DNA of 64,000 nucleotides, from positions 69,936,001-70,000,000 of the forward strand of contig OZ024741.1 in NCBI GenBank assembly GCA_964016885.1. The letters are read 5' to 3'. Shown here piece after piece: positions 47,492-63,418 of this stretch (position 1 is the first letter of the stretch; every line of letters begins with the position of its first letter). The position numbers and the translations under genes are program-made. The notes under the pieces are model-generated. The model made no database searches. It was given only the letters and a program-made list of their open reading frames with translations, and was not told the DNA's origin. This stretch comes from Eledone cirrhosa. Lineage: Eukaryota.

Positions 47492-47598
47492 GCTCCGAAG
47501 ATCTGACTGGTTATAATTTTGTATTGGCGATCGAGTAACGCGAAAATAAGCGAATAGCGATCTCTAGACCTGCCAGCTCAGTGAAACAAAATGTAAGC
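47492..47598 (+). ncRNA. Degenerate hammerhead-like fold with long stem II
   Basis: GCU-CCGAAGA-UCUGACUGG...CCAGCUCAGU-GAAA-CA(AAA)UG-UA^AGC; U4 replaced by C. Confidence 0.45.
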
Positions 47599-47649
47599 TA
47601 TGTGATTAAACCTTTTTTGTATAGCAAACCATATCAACCTTCTTTCCTG

Positions 47650-47746
<97 letters not shown>

Positions 47747-47952
47747 AATATGAAGTAAAACTATCACGCACTAACATATATAACTTGTGAATATATACAC
47801 ATATATTAGATAATAAATATTTAACAACACAACACACCATGTATTAGAAAATCATGGCTCAAAAACTGTATATAATATCTAGATATAATTTATTTTACAT
47901 ACACTTTTATATATACATATATAAACATGTATATATATATAAATATATAAAC

Positions 47953-47987
<35 letters not shown>

Positions 47988-48243
47988 ATTTAAATTCATA
48001 GAAATTTGGGACTTGACTCCTTCTTCCTCACTTTTCGTTGGTTCACCATTTTGTTTGTTTACATTCGTGTCCCCTTCATTTACGTGTCCCAACGACTTTT
48101 TTTAGCCGTTGCTCGCACCAACCGGAGGTATATGGTCTTTAAAGCGATGAAATACCAATGATGGTTGGAAGATCACTGATGAAGGACTAACTTTATTCAT
48201 ATGTAACCCATTAGCAACCCCGCAGCACATTTATTCTCATATT

Positions 48244-48422
<179 letters not shown>

Positions 48423-48469
48423 TTATATAACTATATATATATGTATGCATGCATATACATATACATGTT

Positions 48470-48520
<51 letters not shown>

Positions 48521-48825
48521 TATATACAGATATATATATATACATATAAATACATAACAATGTAGGTGTTTATTAGATTATGACTCAATGAATTTATACC
48601 CTCTCAAGAAATCAGTACATCGTTAATAAGATAGTTTGAGTTAATTTAATAATATCAAAGAAATGGAAGAAGGTAGGATTACATGATGATAAAGTTAGTA
48701 TTTATATTTCATAAGAGAACATCAAATATATTTGTTGATGTTGTTGGTGCAATGCTGGAATGACTGATACTACAGCAGTCAGAAACAATTTTACTTCAAC
48801 GGAAAAGTAACTGTAGGAACATACA

Positions 48826-48889
<64 letters not shown>

Positions 48890-48937
48890 AAATATGCTCG
48901 TGTGTATGTGTGTGATTGTATATATATATATATATAT

Positions 48938-49197
48938 AACGAAGGAGGTGTGGTAAGGAGCCAGATGGACCATAACGCACTCAATACTTAGGGCAGTAGA
49001 GTGGGTAATAGGAAAATGTTTAACCCCGACGGCAGAACTCAAGCCGTTTTGACGGCTATTTCTGGACGCCAGAAATAGCCGTCGAATAACTTTAGCTCTG
49101 CCGTCAGGGTTAACATTTTCCTATTACCCACTCTACTGCTCTAAGTATTGAGTGCGTTATGGTCCATCTGGCTCCTTACCACACCTCCTTCGTTAAT
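48938..49197. mobile_element. Palindromic element, family B (relatives at ~3005-3150, 6215-6400, 30503-30609, 39437-39520)
   Basis: Inverted arms centred ~49068; the family carries GAAACGGC..GCCGTC (HHR stem III plus GUC) and the tail TAAGTATTGAGT..GCGTTATGGTCCA.CTGG. Confidence 0.8.
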
Positions 49198-49222
49198 TAT
49201 ATATAATGTATATATAAGTATA

Positions 49223-49270
<48 letters not shown>

Positions 49271-49271
<1 letters not shown>

Positions 49272-50577
49272 TTTGAGTCTCAGTCATTGATATTAGTTAA
49301 TTGGAAAGTTTGTTGAAATGAATATCAAGCCACTACCTGCAGTCTCAGATATTCAGGACGTATCGGAGTGTTCTTGCTGTTCCCAGCAAGCATGCCTTTT
49401 GAAGTGTTCCAAAAAACGGGGCGGGGCCAATTTTCTTTAACCAACCCTGGAAACTCCTTGAGATAGTACCTAGTGCGCCTATGACAATCGGGACCACTTT
49501 GACCTCATAGCAGTTCCAAATCCTTTTTACCTCCCACTTTAAGTCCTGGTATCGGTTAATTTTCTCCCTCTCCTTCTCTTGCACTCTCGTGTCGAATGGG
49601 CAGGCCACATCCACAATCAGGCACGATGTTTTTTCCTTGTCCAAAACCACCAGGTCAGGTCTATTGTGTTCCAGTTTCTTGTCCGTCTGTATCCTAAAAT
49701 CCCACAGCACCTTCACCGGATCGTTTTCTATCACCGACTCTGGCTTATGCTCATACCACTTCTCAGAATGTGGTAAATTGTTTACTTTGCATAGGTGCCA
49801 GTGGATCACACTGCCCATCACATCATGTCTCCAGCCTTTATAGTGAGTCTGGGCTAGGTGTTTACACTCGGATACAATGTGAGCCACAGTCTCCTCCCTC
49901 CACAGATCCTGCACAGTGGGCTAGCCTCCTCCTTGTAATATGGTGTTTCAGCCACTTCGTTTTGAGGGCATGCTCTTGCGCAGCCTTAGCATTCCTTCTG
50001 TAGCCTTTTTAAGGTCTCCTCTTTTCAACCAGTTCCATGTCTGTGGATCTCTGAATTCCGTTTTCTCAAAGAATGTACTATGAAGGGATTTTTCATGAAG
50101 GCTGCTCTTTCTCCTTGTTGTTATTTCCTCCTTGGACATCCCCTGGTCTATTGTCCTTTCCTTCAGTACAATTCTGGGCATTGGCTCCTTACTATCGGTC
50201 ACGTATTTGTGTAGGTTGTTTTTCTCCATCTGAACACAGTCCTCTATGCTGGTAAAACCTCTTCCACCTTCAGATCTCCTTAAGTAGAGTCTATCGACAT
50301 CACTCCTCTTGTGGAACATGTTATAGATAGCTTCCTAGTCTTCCTAACCGTTTCTTTTTGTTCAGCAACATTCCATCTCAGAATTTCCGCACTGTACCTT
50401 ATAATAGATACAGCTCGGGAATTTACTGCACTTATGGCATTCCTACTGTTCAGATGTGACTTTAATACGCTCCTTACTGTCCGAATGTATTCAGATCTTA
50501 TCAATTCCTTCATTTTTTTGTTCTTGATGTCATCAGCCTCCAGAACACCCAAATACTTGTATCCTTCTTCAGTGTCA

Positions 50578-50578
<1 letters not shown>
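49271..50578 (-). mobile_element. R4/Dong-type LINE, 5'-truncated, frameshifted, with RLE endonuclease
   Basis: YLGV, R.YL.R..GGRG, ETV.HI.S.C, RHD, WDF.IQTD, RPD, DVA.P.D, EK..RY, VPIVIGALG; flanked by (TAA)n on both sides. Confidence 0.85.
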
Positions 50579-50608
<30 letters not shown>

Positions 50609-50840
50609 GTAGTAGTAGTAGTACTAGTAGTATTACGGAGTCGATAAAATAAAGTACCAGTAATGCACTGTGTAATTGCTGGCCTTATGCCTAAAGTAGA
50701 AACAATTATTATTATTATTATTATATTCTGAGTTCAAATCCCGCCGAGGTTAACTTTGCCTTTCATCCTTATGGGGTCGATAAAATAAAGTACCAGTAAT
50801 GCACCGGATAATTGCTGGCCTTGTGCCAAAAGTAGAAACA

Positions 50841-50880
<40 letters not shown>

Positions 50881-50881
<1 letters not shown>

Positions 50882-51412
50882 AGCTGCATTTATCTTGCTT
50901 TATGTTCATACGAGTTATCACCAAGTCACAACCAGTGACCTCAAGAGACAACAAGGTCCGCCATGTTCAAGAAAGAACATACATACTCACACATGCATCT
51001 TTAGTGTTTAGACTTGTGATGTACTTATATTGACAGAATCTTCCTTAGTATATGGGCAGTTCCCATTAGTACTATCTTTTGTATTTCTCCTATACATAGG
51101 AGTTTCTGGGTTTCCTGGGTTTCCGGGTTTCCTGGGATTTGCGATAAGTAATCATTAGACCCCTTAGGTATCATTCCTAGAGCGCCTACAACCACTGGTA
51201 TTGTTTTAGTTCTCAATTTCCACATTTTTCCAATTTCTATCTCCAGGTCCTTATACTTGCTCAATTTTTCAAATGTTTTTATAGATACATTCTTGTCTAT
51301 TGGAACGGACATATCAATTAGCAGGCATACCCTCTTTTTAAAGTCCTTCAATATTATATCAGGTCTATTTGCATCTATTTTTCGGTCTGTTTGGATGCTA
51401 AAGTTCCACAAG

Positions 51413-51413
<1 letters not shown>
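50881..51413 (-). mobile_element. Second R4/Dong-type LINE 3' fragment
   Basis: WNFSIQTD....NRPDI...LIDMSVP.D.N...EKLSKYKDL..E..KMW...PVVVGALG; (TAA)n flanks. Confidence 0.8.
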
Positions 51414-51448
<35 letters not shown>

Positions 51449-51449
51449 T

Positions 51450-51897
51450 GTAGAGGTTATATTTAATTTGTTGGGATACAACAAGCAAAATATTTTTATA
51501 ACTGATATAAAGCACTCAACAAATTATTGGAGTAAATATACAATATATTAACAAATGGAAACTATATTTATAAAACCATATTTATTTCATTATACATATT
51601 TCAAGGGCCACCAAAGCAGATTATGGTGCGCTTTCATCAGCTAAAATATAATATAGATTAGTTTTATAAATAAATATTGACATACCCTGAAAAAATGCAA
51701 CTTTCACGGTTGGTGTCTCCTGGAGACTCCAACCGTGAAAGTTGCATTTTTTCAGGGTATGTCAATATTTATTTATAAAACTAATCTATATTATATTTTA
51801 TCTGATGAAAGCGCACCATAATCTGCTTTGGTGGCCCTTGAAATATGTATAATGAAATAAATATGGTTTTATAAATATAGTTTCCATTTGTTAATAT

Positions 51898-51905
<8 letters not shown>
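51450..51905. mobile_element. Palindromic HHR element, family G
   Basis: Near-perfect ~185-bp arms centred at ~51720; tail on the left. Confidence 0.88.
51795..51858 (+). ncRNA. Hammerhead ribozyme (family G), mirror copy at 51584-51647 (-)
   Basis: AUUUUAU-CUGAUGA-AAG..CUU-GAAA-U(AUGU)A-UA^AUGAAAU. Confidence 0.8.
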
Positions 51906-51932
<27 letters not shown>

Positions 51933-51938
<6 letters not shown>

Positions 51939-52498
51939 TAAAATAACAGATTAAAGTTTAAGCAAAGAATCGCTCCTTTCACCCTTAACGGGATCTTCTG
52001 AAACTAAAAAAGTCAGTCTGTGAACGCAGAAGCAAATATTTCAAATACCGTTGCAACCGGAGGAAGACAGGAAGACGATACTTTGGTTTGTGGAAACGTT
52101 CTCTGGCAAAGAACGGAAAAAACCCGAATATAATACGTCATTATTTGGAGCGGTGAAAACAATTACACGTAAAGACAAAACCACGTTTATGGTATAAAAG
52201 AAGCAGTAGACTAATATTCTGGCAATTGCCAGAGAACGTCTTCATGAACCACCTAATAGAATATTAGGTTGATGTTTTTTAGTTGCAGAAGATCCCGTCA
52301 AGGGTGAACGCAGCGATTCTTTGCTCAAACTTTAATCTGTTATTTTAATAAATAAATAAAGTATCGTTTTCCTGTTTTCCTTCGGTTGCAACGTTTTTCA
52401 AAATATTTACTTCTGCGCTCACAGATGGATTTTTTTAGTTTCAGAAGATCCCGTTAAGGGTGAAAGCAGCGATTGTTTGCTTAAACTTTAAACTGTTA

Positions 52499-52506
<8 letters not shown>
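51933..52506. mobile_element. Inverted/tandem element, family K (short relatives at ~14580-14662 and 29764-29960)
   Basis: Terminal TTAAAATAACAGATTAAAGTTTAAGCAAAGAATCGCT present inverted at both ends and once internally. Confidence 0.8.
52437..52487 (+). ncRNA. Hammerhead-like fold with variant core CAGAAGA (family K); other copies at 52281-52331 (+) and 51955-52005 (-)
   Basis: AGUUU-CAGAAGA-UCCC(GUUAA)GGGU-GAAA-GCA(...)UGC-UU^AAACU. Confidence 0.6.
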
Positions 52507-52573
<67 letters not shown>

Positions 52574-52914
52574 GCATATACATATACATATAGAAATATA
52601 GAAATATATATATATATACATAGTATATATCAAAATTTCATGCACTAAATCCTCCATGACCCTATTTTTTCTGTCACCTCTACACGCACAAAAATACACA
52701 CATTACATATCCCCAAGCATATACACACTAGATATACACCACACAAATTTTCAATCCTGAACACTCAAAAAATACGAGGGTTATTTTTTGAGTGTTCAAG
52801 ATTAAATATTTTTTTTTTAGGAAATTGTTAGAAAAAGGTTTAAGGCTTAGAAAGTTAAATTACACATGCACTTCGAATTTTTTGTGTATATATATAGGTG
52901 TAATGTATGGTTGA

Positions 52915-53310
52915 GTATGAGCGGAGAACACAAAATGAATTAGGTGAATCGGAGGAAATATTTTCATTTTTTCAAAGAAAATCGATTGTCAATGATGTAT
53001 ATATGGACTCTATAAATCCTGGTGCAGTTACAATGCGCCGTCATGGGTATTTTAAACCTGGTGGCATCCATTCTTCTCCAGGTCGTTGGTTCACATGCGT
53101 GCGTGTATGGGTGTGTATGAGCGGAGAACACAAATGAATCTGGTGAATCGGAGGAAATATTTTCATTTTTTCAAAGGAAATCAATTGTCAATGATGTATA
53201 TATAGACTCCTTCTAACTTCTGGTACAGCTACAAGGCGCCGTCGTGGGTATTTTAAACCTGGTGGCATCCATTTTTATCCAGGTCTGAAAACAGCCGATT
53301 TCTTCCAGAA
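52915..53310 (+). repeat. ~190-bp tandem duplication, third copy at ~55225-55455
   Basis: GTATGAGCGGAGAACACAAAATGAAT...TTTAAACCTGGTGGCATCCATT repeated. Confidence 0.8.
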
Positions 53311-56300
53311 AAGTTATAAAAAGATAGAGTTATAAAAAGGAAGTGATAAAGAGATATAGATGAATAATCGACCTTCTGACGAGGCTGGTACTTTTTTATC
53401 GACTCCGAAAGGATGTAAAACAAAAGTTGACTTCTACGGATAGGAACTCAGAGTATTCTATGTATATAGTGTATATATATTTAGGGTAGTTATCGATGGT
53501 GAATAGATTGGTTGGGGCAATACCGGTCTTCTTTACGTATGCAGTAATCCCGCGCTATATCGCCGATCACTTTTCACGGTCTCGTTACATCGTGGATCTT
53601 TCTTTGGAACGTATCTAATTTCCTATCGCGGTAATACTTGCTACATCGCGGATTTTTCGCTAGAACATATTTTCTTATCGCGGTATGTACGTCTGAATAT
53701 ATATATTAATACAAAATGGTGGGCGAAGAAATGACATATACATAACAAGAAATATGTGTGAGTGTGAGTGTGTGTGTGCACGATCGCCGTAAGATATAGG
53801 TTTTGGGATATTTGACTGCTATTTCTAGCATATAAATTGAATGCCAAAAGGTTCCAATGTAGCATGCTACTTCATCATATAAGTAATTACAATATTACCT
53901 GAGTTATTACAATTTAAATTCTACGACAAATTATTCACTACCTCCACTTTATATATTTAAATAATTGTTATTACTTCTGGCACAAGGCCAGCAATTATCC
54001 AGTACATTACTGTCTGGAAGTATCCATCAAAATATGACAAAGAAAAAAACGGTGACTAGTAAAACTTTTTTAAAAATGTAATTGACTTCGATCGGAGCTA
54101 GTGTAATATCTCGTCTCTATCAAGTTTGGAGAATGTCGGGGAATTTGTGGTAAACTTCAGTAAAATATCGTTTGTGAAATGGATTCATATCAGTGGTTGT
54201 GATCTACTATTTCGTTTTTATTCCATGTTGTAAAATAAAATTACAGACAATAAATCAATTTACAGTTGTATGAATATTATTACAAATATTGATGGAAATA
54301 TGAAATAAAAAAGAAAAAAAGGATTAAAACAAAACCAAGCAACAAACTGAGATGGGAAGGGGGTAAAGAAGAACAGATCCGACTCTATAGCAAAGTAGGA
54401 GAAAGGGTTATAAATGCCATAAATGAGAGGAAAATGATGAGAAAAGCAAGGAATATGAGGCGGTGGAAGAAAGGGAGGATGAAGGGGAGAGGGTGATTGG
54501 ATCTATGCAAAGGCATTTCTGCAGACAATGGCCAGCGACACTCGTTAAAACAGCCACCCCAGACGGGCTGCTGATTTTTCACTTATAGATTATGTCTTTG
54601 GTAACAACTTCAACTTTCCTCCCAACACATTTACACACACACACATACATAACCCATATACAGTCACAGTTCCCACAATTCCCGAGGGAGTCGAAGGAGC
54701 GTTGTGGTGACATAAAGTCCGTTTTGGGCATTTTAAGCCAAGCGGCACCCAACCTTCTCCATGTTTGAACACAGCCGATTTCTTTAAGAGAAAGAGCGAG
54801 AATGAAAGATAGAGAGAAAGAGGGGGATGCAGAACGAGAGAGAACATTAGTGAGAAAGGGAAAGAATAATAGTACTCGACTTTAAAGCAATATCGAAGAA
54901 TATTTTACGACTAGGTCGGGATATATTCGTTAAATGAGAAATCTGTTTACCGACCAATTTGCTTTACGACCTGAACCTAGTCGTTAAGTGAGGAATTGTT
55001 ATACTTGTAAACATTTAATTTCACACTACTGATACGACCCTAAAGAAATTTTAGTTTACTCTAGGTTTATTGTTGCTTTTGTGTTAAAGGGGTATCATTG
55101 ACAATAGCCTTCCTTTGAAGAAAATGAAAATAAATATCTCGTCAGATTCCCGGATTCATTGTGTATAAACATGTGTAGGTTAAGATTAGTGTTAGGATTC
55201 GTAAGTGTTACGGTTAAGGTCACCTCGTTGGTTCACATGCGTGCGTGTATGGGTGTGTATGAGCGGAGAACACAAAATGAATCTGGTGAATCGGAGGAAA
55301 TATTTTCATTTTTTCAAAGGAAATCAATTGTCAATGATGTATATATGGACTCCTTCTAACTTCTGGTACAGTTACAAGGCGCCGTCGTGGGTATTTTAAA
55401 CCTGGTGGTATCCATTCTTCTCCAGGTCTGAAAACAGCCGAAATCTTCCAGAGAAGAGGAATGATAGAGTAATAGAAAGGAAGTGAACAATCAACTTCCT
55501 GACGGAGCTGGTACCTTTTTTATCGACCTCGAAAGGAAGAAAAACAAAAGTTGACTCCACGGATTTGACCTCAGAGCGCAGATAACTTGAACAAATACGA
55601 CAATGTATTCTATCCTACTTTCTAACTATTCGCCGTCCATATTATTAATGACACCATATTGGTTTTTGATTTAGGTACAATATCAACAATGTTTGGGGAG
55701 GGGCAAGTCGATTAAACTGACCCCAGTACATTACTGGTACTTTATTTTATCGACCTCGTTAGGGTGAATGGCAAAGCTAACTTCGACAGGATTTGAACTC
55801 AGATCGTAAAGGGGCGTAACCCTATCCCATAAAGCATGTTGTCCGAGACTCTACGGATACTGCCAATTCACCGGCCTTGTTAATGACACCATATTAAAAT
55901 CAATAATTTCCATTCAGTATGACAAGGTTTTGAATCTTGGAATCTGTTCAGTTGTTTAGATTTGTCTGATAATATAGTTAATTTTTTAACAATAGAAGCT
56001 CAATTCTCTCTACACAAATGACCAATGAAATTTCACATTGAAGTAAAAGCTTGATCTTACAACGACACACCAAACACCAACGCGCCTCGTGTGTGAGGTG
56101 TCTGAAATATCGTTGTTTAGTCTATAGCGATAAAGAGATTAGAGTTAGTGAAGTTTAGGAGGGAACTTCCTCAGATCTGTCAGATAACCTTGATTGTTCA
56201 GATTAGAGTCAAGCCGACAATCCCCGACGGACGCTTATTGTTTGGCTTAACTAAGCAAGTTACTCTAGTCGAATTTGTATGAAATCCATTGTGTGTGCGA

Positions 56301-56624
56301 GCGTGTGTATGCGAACGTATGTATGTGTGTATCCACATGGGAGAATCAGGATATCAGAATAGCAAGCAAAACGACATGTATATATATGTTTTGAATGAAG
56401 TATGCCAGAAACATAACAGGCATGTTCAGGATGGTGCTAAGAATACATAAACCCACAATTTATAACAGACGCGCACACACTTGTACGCACACGCACACAC
56501 ACACACATACACATACGCGCGCGCGCACACACACGTATATATATATAATTTAAGACTGTTTTAGGTCTAAAACAGTTCAAACATTCTACAATGCTTCATA
56601 TAAATTAATATATATATATATATG

Positions 56625-56728
<104 letters not shown>

Positions 56729-58633
56729 CATATGTATATACATTCATTAACATGCACACACACATATATATATTTTAGTGTGTGTGTATGCTGGTTAAAA
56801 CTTTACAATCACTACTTTAACAACATCTAATAACAACATAAAACCACATATTAATTGTTTCTATTTTTGGCACAAGGCCACCAATTACCCAGTGCATTAC
56901 TGGTACTTTATTTTATCGACCCGGTAAGGATGAAAGGCAAAGTTAACCTCGGCGGGATTTGAACTCAGAATGGCAAGGGCCGTAACTCTATGCGTCAAAA
57001 CATGGGGTCCGACCCTCTACTGAAATGAAGTTAAGATATGCAGGACTTGGCAATGTGGTTTTATTGTCGGCGTATATGCACGGGTTTTTTGCCGCCCCAA
57101 ATAAAATTAAGGGAGCCAAACGAATATTAGGTCTGAGTATTATTTAAGAACGGTGGATTAAGAAATACATACGGGGTGGCCCATAAATGGCTTTACCATT
57201 TAAGAATGTAATAACTTTTTTTCACCAATAATTTATTCTTAATTAATTTTAGAAATCTGAAATAAAAATTATTATTAAAAAAAAAAAGTTTTCATTTCGT
57301 AGGGATGTTGCATCACATCCATAACCAATCCCACCCATCGTCACGAACATCATCAACACCACTGTCACCAGAGTCACCGCCACCTTTAACAGTGTATTAA
57401 GTTACACATATAACTAATAGATATCATTAAGATAAGCCGTAAACATGAAAATCAGCAATAGAATACAATAATGATATATTATTTTAAAGTTTATATGAAT
57501 TTTTTTTTAAAAAGAGTCGTATAGTTTCGGATGCTAGACTCGTATCAAACCGTTGATACAGAGAGTAAAGGAGATGTTTGGGAGAACGAAGAAAGACTGA
57601 CAAAAGAGAAAAACGAAAATGTATGATAGTATTGGCAAATTGACAGAGTTGTAAGGGCGTCGGATTGAGTGGTGTCCAGTATTCTTTCCGGTCTTCAAAT
57701 CTTACGAATGCGAATTTTATTTTCATCCTTTCTGAATTGATAAGGTACCAGTCACGCATTGGGGGTAGATTTCTCTGAACCAGATATGAGACGAAGCTAA
57801 GAAAGAGGTATGCACATAGTGGCCACAACAAAAATATTAGTAATATCCCACTCGAATTTAGAGGCTATATTAAGTATGAAGCAACTAAGAGTAAAGGTGC
57901 CGGTCCATTACACGGTTATTTGCCTTTAATCCTTTCGCAGTCGATAAATATAATACCAGTCATGCACTGGAGGTAGATTTCTCTGAATCAGATATATGAC
58001 GAAGCTAAGAAAGCTGTATTCGCATCGCAGCCCCAACAATCCGTTCACCACAACATTGATTATAGCACATCTATTTTAAAATAACGGCTTATGACAGCTG
58101 AAAACTGTTAGAACGATAACCCCACATAGACAACATTAAATAAAAGTAAAACGAAAGTTAACATACGCAATGAGTAGGTGATATAGTGAGGGGGGGGGGG
58201 CATTAAATTACATGAAAGGAATCGAATATAGTTAGTTCCACCTTTTACGTAGTTTATGCGACTACGAGCTTGTACAAGGGTAAACCGAACTGAAGCAAGG
58301 AGGGGTACACACACAAACAAACACACGTTTCTACAGTGTCCCACGTATTTTAAAAAGGTAAATTTTATGTTTTATATATATATATATATATAATGTATAT
58401 AATATATATAATTGTTTCTACTTTTGGCACAAGGCCAGCAATTACCCAGTACATTACTGGTACTTTATTTTATCGACCCCGTAAGGATGAAAGGCAAAGT
58501 TAACCTCGGCGGGATTTGAACTCAGACCGTAAAGGGACGTAACTATGCTGGAAAGCATGGCGTCCGACCCTCTACCCATACTGCCAATCCACCGTATATA
58601 TAATATATATAATATATATACATATATGTGTGT

Positions 58634-58695
<62 letters not shown>

Positions 58696-58839
58696 CATCG
58701 TCATTACCATCCTTATTACTTGACGTATGTTTTTCCATGTTGGCATGGGTTGGATTGGTCGTTGTAGTCCAAGTCAGTACTTAATTGGAGCTACTAATCT
58801 AGACGAGTCGGGAGCCACGTCTCGCACACACACATACAC

Positions 58840-58881
<42 letters not shown>

Positions 58882-58893
58882 AGATAAATCTAC

Positions 58894-58969
<76 letters not shown>

Positions 58970-59277
58970 AGATAAATCTACCAAAATATACGGTAGGGTC
59001 CAATCCGTATGAAGAACTCAATGTAATCCAAATATCATGAAAAGAGAAGATGTATTCAAAAATGTTTTCGATGAAAATCACGGGAAAACAGAGTCAAGAT
59101 AAATTAATAAAAACAATGAATAAAAACAAAGAAACAGTTCCTTATATTAAAAAATTCATCATTTTACGATCGTTTCTAGGATATATATGGTATGTATATC
59201 ATATGTAAAAATGTAAAAATTTTACAAACTATCAGAGGGAATATACATACCTACACATATATATGCTGTCTTCAGAA

Positions 59278-59412
<135 letters not shown>

Positions 59413-59578
59413 CCTCTGATAGTTTGTAAAATCTTTACATAGATCTATATGATATACATACCAACACACACATATATATCCTAGAAACGATCGTAAAATG
59501 ATTAATTTTTTAATATAAGGAACTGTTTCTTTGTTTTTATTCATTGTTTTTATTAATTTATATATATATATATATATA

Positions 59579-60791
<1,213 letters not shown>

Positions 60792-61191
60792 ATATATATA
60801 ATGTAAGTCCCGGGTTCAGTCGGAGGTAACCACAGTAACTAAGGTACTTAATACATTAGTAAAGTGTAAACATCATGTTTAATATAGAACTGTTTATTCA
60901 AAAGAAATCATCAGGAAAGAAAAGCTCTGATGTTTTCTTTAGAATGAAACAGTTCTAGTCCTGTAGAAGCCATTTCTATATTAAACATTATAAATATATA
61001 TATATATAGTGAACAACACAATATATAACTACTCCATAATATCCTGAAACCTTGGGTAATGGAGTAGTTATATATTGTGTTGTTAACTATCTAATTAAAT
61101 AGCTCTGTTCTACACATAGAGCACTCTTTTTACCCTTGCTTTTTCTTCGGAATTACCTAACACACACACCGACACTCACACACATATATAC

Positions 61192-61230
<39 letters not shown>

Positions 61231-62300
61231 AATTCGTCATTGCTACTGATCTACAATATGTATAAACATATTGTAGACAATGATTTGTGGAAATGTTTGT
61301 AGATAGATCACCACCCCCGTAAAAATAAAAGATTAAAAAAAACACAAACAAAGAGGGCAAAACAAAAACGTAAATAAACAATCGCTAAAAGACTGGCAAA
61401 ATGAAGTCGTTCAAAAACTATGTGTTGTTTTTGACGGGAATAAACTGTTGGAATCATTAGTATTTAATTGACGAAAGTCGAGAAATGTTAGTAACACCTC
61501 CCTCGAGTATAGAGGCTCATTAAGTATAAAGCAATTGAGAGTAAAAGACGCCAGTCGATCATAGGGTTAACCAATAGCTGCTGGATGCTATCCTTACACA
61601 TTCCTTTTCCAGCTGAATGAACTGGAGCAACGTGAAAGGAAGCATCTTACTTGAGGACACAGTGTGTTGTTCCATCTGAGAATCGAACCTACGACCTTGC
61701 AATCGAGAGCACCACTCATTAACCACTAAGCCGCGCGTTTTTACCATTAGTAAAATAAAGGAGAAAAATACGTTAAGTATTCCAAAAAGAACCATAAGTA
61801 GAGGCCTTACTAGGCTGGTATGTTGGGGTGCAGACCACACCGTTTAGCATTATCAGCGATGGTGACACACAAATCCTTATTAAGGATTTTGTATTCTGTT
61901 ACAGGATGTGGCCCGTGGAGTAGGGGTGTTGATATTGCACTGGGTGACACCAACCCTAGTAACACCATTGATCATACCTGAAATATAATATAATATATAG
62001 AACATTTTCTATAAAGTTTAGAATTCTTTGGGATTTGTATAGTTTTCTTTGTTACGAGAGAACCATTCCGTTGGCGAGCCACCAGATGTCTTTTGGATTG
62101 AAAGAGCTGATCCGTGGCTGGTTGCGGTTGGGACGCATGTCGGGGCCTGGTAAATCCTAGTTGGGTCGCCTGGACAGGGATATATGATGTTTAAAGACCC
62201 GAAACACCAATCACCCCAGGTGAGATCAATGATGATGCGTCGCAGCTCAACTATGAGAATGTATCTTGCACCTATCAAAGATAAATTATTACTAACTTAC

Positions 62301-62578
62301 CTTTCGTCCAGCTTGGTTATTGTGAAGATTCATCAAACTTCGACCGTTTATTTTTCTTCGTCTTTCTTTGGCATCAACGAAAGTCTGAGAGAAAGCTGAT
62401 CCAAACGCTATATTATCAGAACATCCCGACCAAATAAACGTGCTTTCTACGGTGGCGTTTTTATGTACGATCCGATCACAGCCACATTGTTCCATTTTTC
62501 CGCTACTGCAGGCTCTGGTAACAGTATGAGCAACTGCAGCCGATGATATAGCGTAAACAAACGCAGACTCACGAGTTG
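62301..62578 (-). CDS. Wnt4: Internal coding exon of a Wnt ligand, most similar to Wnt4
   Basis: Translates as [35 protein letters not shown]...[46 protein letters not shown]. Acceptor ttctttcag at 62579-62587 and donor GTAAGT at 62295-62300; 278 nt, phase 1 to phase 0. [17 protein letters not shown] is Wnt4-like. Family call is very secure, subfamily call less so. Confidence 0.9.
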
Positions 62579-63418
62579 CTGAAAGAAGTTAGATAAATAA
62601 CTGGATAAAGAAATACATAAACATAAATAAATTAATAGATAGCAAAATAAGAAGTGTGTCAAGTGAGCAAAATATTTAATGTTTTGTTAATAACATCAAA
62701 CTGAATATAAATGGAATTGAGCTCCGTCGGTTCCGACGATGAGTATTCTTGTCGCTAGGTCAAAGAAATAGCCCGCTCAGGAAATTAACGTGCAGGTGAA
62801 TGAACAATCCACAGATATGTGTATGTATGGTCCTGTAACTCCTGATTGTGTCTCAGGGGTGCCGTATTGACATACGGCGTTTCTAGGGCATTTTAAAACC
62901 TGGCGGAGCCCATACCTCTCTAGGTCTGAATATAGCAGATTTCTTCCAGAGAAGGATACAGAATGAGTGAAAGAATGGAAGTAAGAAAGAGATAAAGAAG
63001 AAGAATCGACCCCGATATTAGACTGGTATTTTTTTTTATCAACCTCGAATGAATGAAACGTAAAGTTTTCCTCGCTGGGATTTGAAATCAGAGAGCAGAG
63101 AGCCGAAACAAATACTGCAAAGTATTTTATCCGACCTTCTAACGGCTCTGCCAATTCACCCTCTACAGATATGTGTACCCTTAACATCATTTCCAGTGAG
63201 ATTCATCACTATAAAATTACTGGCCTATTTGAATTACAGTTAAAGTCCATCGTATAGGCTTTCCAACAGTTTTCATCTATCAACTTTCACGCTTGTCCAT
63301 AACGGTAGGTAGTAACATCGAACCCGAGACCTTATGATTGCCGACTTCTTAATAAAGCGTCCACGCAAAGTCGTTTCCTCTTTGAATATTCTGTAACTGA
63401 GTTTAAAATGGAATTATG

